NCBI GenBank assembly: GCA_963575745.1
Contig: CAUYUJ010000097.1
Location: 1-64,000 of the forward strand
Direction of reading: 5' to 3'
DNA: 64,000 nucleotides
Source of the DNA: Prorocentrum cordatum
Taxonomy: Eukaryota
The notes below the pieces were generated by a model, which was not told where the DNA came from, searched no databases, and saw only the letters and a list, made by a program, of their open reading frames with translations. The position numbers were made by a program, and so were the translations under genes. Positions 1-11,100 of this stretch are shown piece by piece. Each line of letters starts with the position of its first letter. Position 1 is the first letter of the stretch.

Positions 1-180
1 GGAGGAGGAGGAGGAGGCGGAGGAGGAGGAGGAGCAGGAGGAGTGAAACGAGAATCAGGAGGAGGAGGAGGAGAAGGAGGAGGAGGAGGAGGAAGCGGAC
101 AAGGGAGGAAACGGGAGGAGAAGGAGGAAACGGGAGGAGAAGGAGGAGTTGAGGCGGCCAACAAGGAGGAGGCACGAGGA
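1..180. repeat. (GGA)n purine-rich low-complexity tract. Similar GGA/TCC tracts recur throughout, e.g. 9930-10090, 19100-19620, 20770-21210, 23715-23880, 25280-25530, 35950-36500, 57795-57950
   Basis: Direct reading. These tracts generate the spurious poly-E/G/R/P/S/L ORFs in the track. Confidence 0.95.
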
Positions 181-1369
181 TTGAGCGGGATTGAGCGGGC
201 TATGACGGTTCACGGCCGCATCGGGCCATCCCCGAGCCGAGTCAAAATTCCAGGAAGCCCTTATAGGGGCTGGTTGGTGGTGGGGTGTAACCTTTCCCAC
301 AGCCGACTCAGCCTACCCCCGATCACCTTCTGGGCCCCAGGTTGACATGGGGATAATAGTCCCGCGCTGGCGCAAGCGTTCCGCGCGGAACTCCGAAAGT
401 TCATATTTGGGCCGCTTGACGGGTTCATACTCTGAGCGTGCTCCGTCCCCCTGCCCCGCGCCCGCCCTGCTCCCCCTCCCATTGTGCCCAACCGTGCCCC
501 GTAGTGTCCTTCGGCTGTCTTCGACCGCGGCGTGGATCCGTGCCGCTGCAGCCAACAGCTTGTGTTCCGTCAACCGGGGCGGGTTCGAAAACAGTCGCGC
601 TTCGCACGCGGCGGCCTGGGCCCGCGGGGCGGCGGCGGGAGGACTCCACGACGACAGCGCACCGTGGGGCGCGGCCCGCGAGGGCAGGCGGGTTCCGAGG
701 GCTGGATCTCGCGGCCGCCAATGCACTCAGAGGAAACAGACAAGGGTACCGATTTTGCTGCCGTTCCTTCGTTTTCGCCCTGGGCGCCTCGCCCTCTTCG
801 GGGGCTCGCCCGGGGCGCCACGGCTGGACTGGCCTCGAAGTGCTGGTCAGATGGCACCCTGGGGAAGGTCCGGGGCGCAGCGGCTTCGGTCAGAGCGAAG
901 GGGACGAACGCTGAACGGTCATGCGTTGTCCTTGGGTGAGTGGTTGTAGCGGGTTTCCGCGGTGCGGATTGGATATTTTTCCCCATGTGTTTCGTGTTTT
1001 TTTTTTTTTTGCCCTGCCGCGTCGCACCCAGGTCTCCCGCACACCCCTCCCTCCTCCCTCTTCCCGACACATGAACGCCACGAACATGAGACGCGCATCT
1101 ACATTCAACCGCACGCATGCACCTGCTCGCGCACACACACACGCCATACAAAAGCCAGTGCACGCCTGACGTGTTCACTGTACCATACATTCGCGACGTA
1201 TGCGTTACATACTGGGCACCCACATGAGACACGTCACCGTACGGCCGCACACGCATCATACACATGACACGCACACCACGCAACACATGCGCTCAACATT
1301 CGCAGGGCGTGGCAGGCGACGCAGGCGAGCAGGGTGTGCTCAGCTCACAGGGTGGGGGTGGGGTTGCTA

Positions 1370-2290
1370 CACGTGCCAGGTCCCAGTGCGTGGCGCGTGT
1401 GGCACATTCTCCACACCGCAGGGGGTGCGCACGGGTTTCGGGTCGCTATGGGTGCCAGGGCCCCTGGTGCGTGGCAGGCGTGGCGCACTTTCTATACCGA
1501 AGGGGGTGCGCAGGGGGTGAGGTTGCTATACGCGCCAGGGCCCCAGGGCGTGGCAGGCGTGGCACATCCTCCACACCGCAAAAATTGTGCAGTGGGTGGG
1601 GTCGTTATGCGCGCCAGGGCCCCATGGCGTAGCAGGCGTGGTACATCCTCCACACCGCCGGGGGTGCGCACGGGTCGGGGTCGTTATGCGCGCCACGGTC
1701 CCAGTGCGTGGCATGCGTGACACATTTTCCACACCGCAGGGGTGCGCAAAGGGATGGGGTCGCTATGCGCGCCAGGGTCCCCGTGCGTGGCATGCGTGGT
1801 ACATTCACCACACCGCTGGGGGTGCGCACGGAGTGGGGTCGTTATGCGTGCCAGGGTCCCAGTGCGTGGCAGGCGTGGCACATTCTCCACACCGCAGAAG
1901 GTGCGCAGGGGGTGGGTTCGCTATGCGCGCCAGGACCCCAGTGCGTGGCAGGCGTGGCACATTCTCCACACCGCAGGGGGTGTGAAGGGGGAGGGGTCCC
2001 TATGCGCGTCATGGCCCCAGTGCGTGGCAGGCGTGGCACATTCCCCACACCGCAGGAGGTGCGCAGGGGTTGGGGTCGCTATGCGCGCCAGGGTCCCAGT
2101 GCGTGGCATGCGTTGTATATTTTCCACACCGCAGGGGGTGCGCAGGGAGTGGTGCCGCTATGCGTGCCAGGACCCCAGTGCGTGGCAGGCGTGGCACATT
2201 CTCCATACCGGGAGGGTGCGCACAGGGTGGGGTTGCTACGCGCGCCAGGGTCCCAGGGCGTTGCAGGCGTGGCACATTATCCACACCGCC
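1370..2290. repeat. Minisatellite, ~79-bp unit, ~12 copies
   Basis: Unit CCAGTGCGTGGCAGGCGTGGCACATTCTCCACACCGCAGGGGGTGCGC... The CCACACCG core recurs every ~79 bp from ~1411 to ~2281. Confidence 0.95.
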
Positions 2291-2322
2291 CGCGCTGTGT
2301 GCCTGCCGGATTTTGGATGCAG

Positions 2323-2730
2323 GTACACAAGTTCGAGAAGCAAAACCTGGACGTGGTGGGAGCCCTCGTCAATTCTGTGGGTATCCAGGAAGAGATGGCG
2401 AACGGCCTTTTCTGCTTCCGCTAATGGAGGCGCACTTCAAGGGGCAAAGCGCCAACAGTGTGCGCCTTGTCAGAAGGTTTGGGTACGCGCTCACGCACGG
2501 GCGCTTCCTGATGTCCACCACGTCACAGGGCCAGACGATCCGCACCGGGATGACCATCGACTGCTCGCAGAACGCGAGGCAAGCTGGAGGAAAAAGCGGA
2601 TAACTGGTGGCGGCACCTGTACGCGATGCGGACGATATGATTTAGCTTCTGCCGCCTCCAAGGGAGGTCTCGCTGAAGGGCCCGCTTCCGTCTGTGCTTA
2701 AAGCCCTCCAGAAGCTCGATGAGCCCATGG
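2323..2730 (+). pseudogene. Degraded C-terminal fragment of a PIF1-type SF1 helicase, probably a Helitron RepHel remnant
   Basis: Reads RRFGYALTHGRFLMSTTSQGQTIRTGMTIDC (motif V-like SQGxT), then after a frameshift DNWWRHLYAM (motif VI-like LYV..SR, truncated), then DMI*LLPPPREVSLKGP. Contains stops and frameshifts. Confidence 0.6.
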
Positions 2731-3514
2731 CCACGGAAACGCGGCCGCGCCCTGGAACGCCAATGGATCTTGCCAGCGGCGCGAGGTCGCTGGGGCGCAC
2801 GGGCGCCGGAGTTTTCCCGACAGAGGCAGCGCTGTCCAGCCGCGTCTAATTCGCGTGGCCCGCGCCGCTCCTGAACGATTTCGGAGCGCCCGCCCAGCTT
2901 GCGTCGTCGTGGCAACCGCAGCCCAGGTATTTTCGATCGAAAGGCGCCTGCAGATTTCATGCAGCTGGGTTATGTTTGCCACGCAAGTCCTTCGCGCGCG
3001 CAGCTCAGGGAACTCTCTGTCGAAGAGACGCGGGGACAGACTCGGGAATTGCGCAGGAAAAGCCACGACGCGCAAGCCGACCTAGGTGAGAAATGGAGGC
3101 AGGGGCGCGGGAGAGCGCGGCATGAGGAGGGGTGGGGGGTGGGGCGTTCGAGGGGCCCCCTAAAGCGACGGCAACAGCGGCTCCCGCCTGATGCTTCCCA
3201 AATCGCGCTCTCGCGCGGGATTTCCTCGCAATTCACGTGCGCATCGCGCTCTCGCGCGGGGCCGCGTTGCGATTTATTCAGGCGATGCGTCTTCGGCGCT
3301 CAGGAATCACACTCTCGCCGTGGCCTTTTCCAGCGATTTACTAGGGGATCGCGCTATCGCTCGAGATTTCGCCACGATTCACGCAGGACCCGCGCTTCGG
3401 CAACCCGCCTGCTCGACCACGTCGCCTGGGCCCGCCCTCCCGGCCTGCCCGATATGAGTTTGCCCACCCGACTTACAGGTTTGATTCTACCATTTGTTTT
3501 CTGCGTTTCGCCCC

Positions 3515-3523
3515 TCCCCCCCC

Positions 3524-3597
<74 letters not shown>

Positions 3598-3625
3598 TCC
3601 CCCCCCCCTTCCTGGCCCCCCCCTT
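3515..3625. repeat. Poly-C homopolymer tract (~70 uninterrupted C)
   Basis: Direct reading. Length may be unreliable in the assembly. Confidence 0.9.
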
Positions 3626-3867
3626 GTTAACTTCTCTCGCGCTCCATTTCCCCCCCTTCCACCCGTCCTTTCTTCCCCTGTTTCAGGGGCTGCATTAAAC
3701 GCGCGTGGCAGGCAAGGAATACGTAACACCCCGCAGTTGCGGATAAGAGTGAGGGGGCGGCGGGGATGTCTGCAGTCTGCGAGGCTCTAACAATCCCGCC
3801 GCAGGCGCAAACATTTCAAGCTATACAACAAGCCCGCCTCAGGCGCCGGTTTCTTGTTCAAACAATG

Positions 3868-4165
3868 TGGGTGGGTCGCGGGTTGGGTCGCAGGTGGGTC
3901 GCGGGTGGGTCGCGGGTGGGTCGCGGGTGGGTCGCGGGTGGGTCGCGGGTGGGTCGCGGGTGGATCGCGAGCGGGTCGCGGGGTGGGTCGCGGGTGGGTC
4001 GCGGGCCGGGTCGCGGGCCGGGTCGCGGGAGGGACGGCGACAACAATCAACAACAGCAGCAATAGCAACAACAACAAACATCATGTTCATCACGGATCCG
4101 CTTTTAAGCCGCGCACCCAGGGGCAATTAATGACCGTCCGGCCCCCTCACTCTGATAGTTATTCC

Positions 4166-4203
<38 letters not shown>

Positions 4204-4219
4204 CACATATACACACATT

Positions 4220-4255
<36 letters not shown>

Positions 4256-4358
4256 GATCCCCAAGAGGTACGATCGAAGACGACGACGGCGGGCACCCCA
4301 GGCTTGGAATCTACGTGTTGCGTGGCGCGCGAGCAGATAGGAGCGAACGGTGTTAAAA

Positions 4359-4455
<97 letters not shown>

Positions 4456-4750
4456 ATGTTTGTTGGTGCTGGTATTGTTGTTGTGCATGCTGCTGTTGTT
4501 GTTGCTATTGTTTTTGATGATGTTGAGATTGTTGTTGTCGTGGCTGCAGCTGTCGTTGTTTTGTTGTAAGGTAGTTGTTGTTTGTTGTCGTCGTCCCGCC
4601 CGCGACCCGGCCCGCGACCCACCCGCGACCCACCCCGCGACCCGCTCGCGACCCACCCGCGACCCACCCGCGACCCACCCGCAACCCATCCGCGACCCAC
4701 CCCGCGACCCACCCGCGACCCACCGCGCGACCCACCCGCGACCCACCTTG
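3868..4750. mobile_element. Foldback-like element with inverted arms built from a GGGTGGGTCGC-type unit, enclosing (TA)n and (TTG)n microsatellites
   Basis: 3868-4075 is the reverse complement of ~4560-4750, including the CAACAA/TTGTTG inner flank. (TA)n at 4165-4252, (TTG)n at 4358-4455. Confidence 0.7.
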
Positions 4751-5482
4751 GCCCGCCCCCTCGTTTTTATTCGCAATTTTGGTATCTTTAGGTTTCCCCA
4801 TGTGGACCATGGGCGGCGGACCTGTGGCAGTGGTTTGCTGGGCGAGGCTGGCGACAGCGCGCGGCAGGCTGTACCGCAGTTCAGCCGCCTTTGGTCGTAG
4901 AGTGGCGGCAGTGGGTGGTGAGAGGTAGACTCACCGGGCCCGCAAGAGGGAGAGAGGGAGAGCCGTTGCACGATATTCGACTAGGAGGTCGATTACATAA
5001 TTGATTTACCCCGAAAAGTGCGTATACTGTTCGTAGAAGGTTTGTAGACTGTTCACAGATTCTCGTCGAATCTATTAGAACAGTGCGTATGAGGTTCGTC
5101 GATCTACGAACATTATGTATAATGTTTTCCATCTGGCGAAAATTCCAAGTTTGGGGCAAATCAATTTTGTAGTCGACCTCCTTTTCGAGATATCCGACCC
5201 CAGACTAAACCTCCGGGTCAGTTTTGGAAGGCGCCACGGCGATCGCGGCGGCCACATATCGGAGCAAGGTCTTTGTCAAAGGGTACCATGCCTCTTCCTG
5301 GGCCCCTTGCTCTTCGATGCAGACGCGGGGCCCGTAGTCAACAACATAGCGGAAACACATTGTCAGCGTATGTCCAACATGGGCGGGGTCGATGATCACG
5401 CAACCATAGGAGCAGGAGGAGGAGGGAGGAGGGAGGAGGAGGAGGAGGAGGGAGGAGGAGGAGGAGGAGGAAAGAGGGAGAG

Positions 5483-5600
5483 GTCTCCATGATCCTGAAC
5501 CACTGCGCGCACGCCAGGATCGTGGACGCCGGGATCTGGCGCTCCTTCGCCGACGCGCTGCCGGACGTCTTCGTCGACCCGGACGCCCAGTCCCGAGGGG
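5483..5600 (+). CDS. HPR-like helical repeat protein, exon A (3' boundary uncertain)
   Basis: AG acceptor at 5481-5482. Encodes VSMILNHCAHARIVDAGIWRSFADALPDVFVDPDAQ, the same repeat pattern as the downstream exons, with strong GC3 codon bias. The donor is not securely identified. Confidence 0.6.
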
Positions 5601-7196
5601 GGCAGCCTCTGCCCGCGGAGGAGAGCCGATCAGTGCGGCAGGTTCGCGCCGCGGTGACGCGACGGCGACCTCTGCGCGGGCGCTCAGGTTGGAACGCCGC
5701 CAGCGGCCCGGAGTCGGCCGAAATCGAACGATCATCGCTATCGGAAAGTCTCGATCGCAAAGTGTTAGACAGTCGACCGTGAGTCATAGGCCAACGCTGG
5801 CGTCGCAGCAGCGTGGTCCCGCAGCAGGAGGGAGGATGTCCTGGGTCTTTTGGATATGCTTAGGTCTTCTCCTCTTGGGCCTCCGAAGACACCGGTTTTA
5901 ACTTCAAAGAGCACTGAAAACTCGGAAATTCTTCGAGGCCCTCTTGAACCCATCTTGAGCCGAAACGCTTGTAAGCCAAAACTCGTTGAACAAGTCAATG
6001 CGTGTTCATCATCAAGCTTGACCGTATGGAGTCCTCTTGGGACCCTGTGGGGTTGTCTTGGGCCGCCGTGGAGGCGTGCTTGGGCCCTCTGTTGGGACAT
6101 CTCCGTGCCCTCTTGAGACATCTGTGGCGCTCTTGTGACATCCTGGGGCAGTCTTGGAGTCGTCTTGGGGCCTTCAACGGCCGTCTTGAGGCCTTCTGCG
6201 GCCGTCTTGAGGCCAGGAACGAGAGTGGCGCGAAAGTTCGGTCGAGGGGAAAACAGGCCGACATACGTTGCGTTACCCGCCAGGCAGGTCAACGGGGGCA
6301 GTTACCATTAGCGCAAATCCTTAGCCGACCTCTGGCATCCTCCTCCGTCGCAGTCCGCCGTGGATGCACATCGCTTCGCGAGGGATGCGGCCAGACGAGA
6401 CCTCCGTCGGTCGAACACAATTTCAGACGCATTGGATGCGAGACTGGAGCCTGCAATTCGTGTTGGTCCTCCTCCGCCTCGCCAACCGGCTCTTCCTGCT
6501 CCTCATCTTCCTCCTCTTCCTCCTCCTCCTCCTCCTGGTCCCTCTCGTCCTTGTTTTCCTTGTCCGCATCCTTGTCCCGCTCGTCCTCACCCTTGTCTTG
6601 AGATTGGCCTTTCATGGCGGGGTTTGACTTGCTCCCTGTCATGATCCCTCCCGCTGCTTACCCTCCTCCGACGACTCCGACAAGCACGACGGCGGCGCCT
6701 AGCGACGACTAAACGAAGCACGAATGACGTAGACGACGAAGGACGTCGACGAACGACGTCTACGACGACCGACGACGATCAACGACGACGATGGGCGACG
6801 GCGAGCGACGAACGACGAAGGACCGACGACGAGCGGCGACCGACGGCCACGAAGGGCCTGGAGGTCAGCAGGGAGCTTGCCCGCAGAGAGCCGGGCCAAC
6901 GCACGCCTGCCGTGCGCGGACAAGCCAGGGATGCATTGCCGTCCGACCTTACGGAGCCAGGGCTGGACCTAAACGTTGCTTTGCTGGACTTCAGCTGTGT
7001 TGTGTTTTTTTTTGGCAGGGAGGCACAGGAAAACAGGTGGAGCCAAGCGAGAGACAAAAAACGAGCACGAGACGAACAGCAGCGATTGGGTCCAGCCCCT
7101 GCCTGCAGGGGACCCGCCCACCACCGCAGACTCGGCACCAGACGGCCCTCGAGCGGCGACGGACGAAGGCCGTCGCCCCGCGGCGGCGGCGGGCAG

Positions 7197-7298
7197 GTCC
7201 GTCGGCATCGCGGCGAACGCCCTCGGGCGCGCCTCCTGCCGGCACGCGGGGGCCCTGGAGGCGCTGGGCAGCTGGGCGCTGGCCATGGCGTCGACCGG
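7197..7298 (+). CDS. HPR-like protein, exon B
   Basis: CAG|G...ACCGG|GT. Encodes SVGIAANALGRASCRHAGALEALGSWALAMAST(G). Joins exon C in phase 2. Confidence 0.7.
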
Positions 7299-7989
7299 GT
7301 GCCGCCCGGGGGGGCGGGGAGTCGGCCGCCGTGACTCGGTCGGTGGGTCGTCCGTCGCCGCGCGCTGGCGTCGTCGGCTTCGAAGGATTCGCGTCGGGGA
7401 TCGACTGCAGCATGGATCTGCCCCCAAATAGATTTTCCCGGTCGAATCCGCAAAGTTTTTTCGTGGATGCGGCCGGAGGAATCCATTTTGGGGCACATCG
7501 ATTCTGCAGTCGATCCCTTACTCGAAGAATCAGTCGGCTGTTCAGAGTTGGGGCGGCCTTGACGGATGGGGTCATGAGGATGGGAATGGGCCAAAGGGTG
7601 AATTTACATTGTCTGAGGCACCTCGTCCTTAGGCCTCCATCCTTCACGACCCAATCTTTGAACCGCCGAACATAGGGAGGAGCACCCACTTGGACCCTGG
7701 AGGTGAGTGGCATTTACTGCGCGGCCCTGGTCGCTTACTAAACAGCCCAGCCCTCTTCGATTCCTTCCTCGGGCGCGTTTACTAAAAGCAACGGTTTCGC
7801 TTGTCGGGGTTCTTATTCTGAGGGTGGGTTGCCTGCCTTCGCAAGAAAAGACTGGGCATCGCGCGAACGTGTGCAGTTTTCCCTGGCGAGGCCAGCGCCA
7901 GAAACTCTGCACCATTTTGGAGCATCTTGAGAACAACGACGCGCACGAGACCCAACAATGCATGGGGAATGGACGCCCGAGCGATGGCA

Positions 7990-8185
7990 AGAAGAAAAAG
8001 AAGAAGAAATCGGCGCTCCGCGCGGATGTCTTGGGTCTGCGCTGGAGCGGCCAGGGCGGCGCCTCCAGCGCCGCCCCTGGAGTGCTCCGCGCGCCAGAGG
8101 GGGGGGGGCGGACGTCAGCGAAGGTTCAACGAACCCGCTCGGATTGTCGAAAGTCTATGTTTATGTAGTTTTTTCTTCCTCTTCA
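7990..8185. mobile_element. MITE of the same family as the 144-bp SPFH intron
   Basis: Shares TCGGCGCTCCGCGCGGAT and GAAAGxxTATGTTTATGT with 44130-44273. Confidence 0.6.
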
Positions 8186-11100
8186 CTTGTCGTCGTGGTG
8201 GTGGTCGTCGTGGTCGCTGCCGTCGTCATCGTCGTCGTCACTGGCGTCGTTCGTCGCCGTCGCCGTCGCCGTCGAAGAGAAGGCTAGAACGTGAGAACTG
8301 TCCAGAGGTTGAGGGCTATGGGCTATGCCCGTGTACGGGTTCGCGTCGTGTCGACTGGCGGCGACCCCGCCGGCGGCGTCCAACGTTGAACGCCGCCGGC
8401 GACCCAGAATCGGTCCAGTTAGATCGATCTGACGTTTCGGAAACGGCCACTTCAAGGTCGAACGATCCCCCCGGTGTCAGAAACCAGCGCTAAAGTCGGC
8501 ACGACACGAACTTTCCGCATGTACGTCCCGTCACTCTCCGACACGCGCGAGGCCGAGTCGATCCGACCCGATCATCCTCGTCGTCGTCGCCGTCGCGTCT
8601 TTCGTCGCGGATTTCTTGGATCGGCGCAGGACCCCCCTGGTGGTGCTTCCAGCGCCGATCCAAGAAATCTGCGCGGACCCCCGAAAATTGATGCTTAATG
8701 TCTGCGTTCTGTTTCTAGGGGGAGGCGGAGGAAGCAGCAGGCGGCGGCGGCGGCGGCTGCGGCGGCAGACTGGCGAGCCCCACAGCGGCGGGGGGAGGAG
8801 GCGGGTCGGTACAGTATGCGATCTCACTTGGGAAGACCCGGCGCAACAACCAAGCTTTGTAGCATGGTTGGAATCTGTCCCGTGATGGGGCTGCCGTGAC
8901 TGAAACAGTTGGCTTGCGGCTGCCCATCTCGGTTACCAATTATCGCGATGCAACTCCTGACAGGTTAAATTCAGCATCGGCGCTGGTATATCCGTTGCCG
9001 AAATCAGGCTTCTGGCATTCTCACACTTGATCACGTTTGCTTGACCCTCTTTATGTGGATCCATATTGGGCGTGTTATGGCTTATTCCAGAATGCAGGCC
9101 TTTTATTCTGGCTTAGATGCCTCAGAACAATCATTGTTGCCGTTTGAGCCACCTGAGTGACGTGGGACAAGATGGCGACGGAACGGATTGTCGCGTGTAA
9201 GAGAGGGCGACGGAACGGATTGTCGCGCGTAAGTTGCTTGCCCAGGGTCGCGAGTCTGCGTCCTCTCTTCCACGTCGTGTGTCCCGCGCAAGCGGCCCGC
9301 GTGCAAGCCATCTGCGTGGGGTCGCCGGGTCCGTGTGTGCAGTGCGGCCCTCTTTCGTTCGCTGCTTTGTTATCGCCTTCGTCTTGTCTCGAAACAGCAT
9401 AACCCTGCGGTCAGAGAGGTTTTTCAAATTACGGTTAAATGGAACTTGGTGCGGTTTAGTGGCCGCTAGTGCTTGAGAGTTGGACCCGCGCGCTTGGCTC
9501 AGACGCCGTTTCTGCGACTTGCCTGCGCGGCCTTGGGCAGCGGTTCGGCAGGCGATCTCTTGCACCCCCCCCCCTTCACTGCCACTTCCACTTCCGTTGT
9601 CTCTTACCCGTTGTTTCCGCGCGATGGGCGCGCAGCGTTATCCCATCGGTGCGCGCCCTTCCCTGCGGCGGGTGCTAGCCTTGCCTCCCCTGTGCGTGTC
9701 TCTCTCTCTCTCTCTCTCTCTTTTTTGTTTTCTCTCTCTCTCTCTCTCTCCCTCTCTCTTTCTCTATATCTCCTTTCTGTTGTCCTCGTGGCAACGCGTA
9801 TGGGAGCGAGCGCGCATGGCGTCGGAGCGGCGCCCGCGCTCGCACGGGGAAAAAAGATCTCCCCTCATCTCCCCCCATACTGGGAATCAGAGAGGGAGAG
9901 AGAGATGTGATAATGACGGCGAGGGGGATGAGAAGGAGAAGGAGGAGGAGGAGGAGGAGGAGCAGGAGGAGGAGCAGGAGGCGAAGGGGGGGAGAGGAGG
10001 AGGAGGAGGAGGAGGAGGAGGAGGACGAGGAGGAGGAGGAGGACGAGGACGAGGAGGAGGAGGAGGAGGAGGAGGAGGAGGAGGAGGATAGGGGGTCGAG
10101 CTCGCGTGCTTCCTTTTTCTCTCCTCGCTCACTGTGGCCCCGGAGTCCGCGGCGCCCCCCCGCATCCTCGATCGCGTCGCCCTTTCGATGCTCAGAAGAG
10201 GAACAGGCGCCGTCGCCCGCTATCCCCTTTTTCAGTCTCCTGCGAGGCCCTGCATGGCCCCCACCGCTGGATTCGCCTCGAAATCCTGGTCAGAACGCTC
10301 CCCCGGGACAGGTCCGGGGAGCAGCGGCATCGGTGCTTTTCGGTTTCCCCAGTTGCGCTTGCGCAGAGCGTCAGAAGTGCACGGCGCGAGTGCAGAGCGC
10401 GTCGCGCGCGCAGAGCATCGGCGATCCGCGCGCCCTGGCGGGGCCTTCGGAGATCCGAAGCCGGCCCTGATCAGCCCAAAATTCTGGCCAATTTGTTTCT
10501 CCATATTTCGGATATTCTTTTTTCGACCTCCGACGGCTGGTATTTTCGAGTATCGGTTCTCCTGCGGGCCAGGTTTCCGTCTCGAGCAAGCCCTGTTTCG
10601 ATGGTCCTGGGGCCCGAAAACGGCCTCCAGTGCCAGAAACAAAATGTCAATTTTAGAGCCGTTATTCTCAAACCCTTGGGATTTGGGGAAAGGGGCCCCG
10701 CGCCGACGGCAAGTGCCGTTTTATTTTTCTGCTCGTCAACGCGGGGAGAGAATAGGAGGACGGGGATGGTGGAGGATGAACACGCGTCCGAAACAGCATG
10801 TGGGACGTCACCCACACGGGGCCCCGCGCCTGCCTGTTGGGGAGGGAGGGGTGGGGAAAAAGGGGAGGGGAAGGGGAGGGGCGACTCGTGAGCCTTCGGT
10901 CGGTCGGCGAGCCGAGGGGCTCGGGTGGCAACCTGCCGCGGTCTCGCGCGGGGCGCTCCGCCCGGGCTCGCAGCGCGCTTGCCGCAGCTACGCGGGCGCA
11001 CGGCCATGTCGAGCAGCTGGACGCCGATGTTCGCGAGAGAGTGCTGGCCCCCTTCCTCGTCTCTCGACCTTTCGTCGCCCTCCGCCAGGGATGGCGGAGA

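Noticed and set aside
600..690. Additional upstream HPR exon (AAWARGAAAGGLHDDSAPW), and candidates at ~6855 and ~56740
   Set aside because: No convincing splice phase or repeat-register match.
1370..2290. CRISPR-like array (also 32640-33595)
   Set aside because: The whole unit repeats with no unique spacers, there are no cas genes, and the context is eukaryotic.
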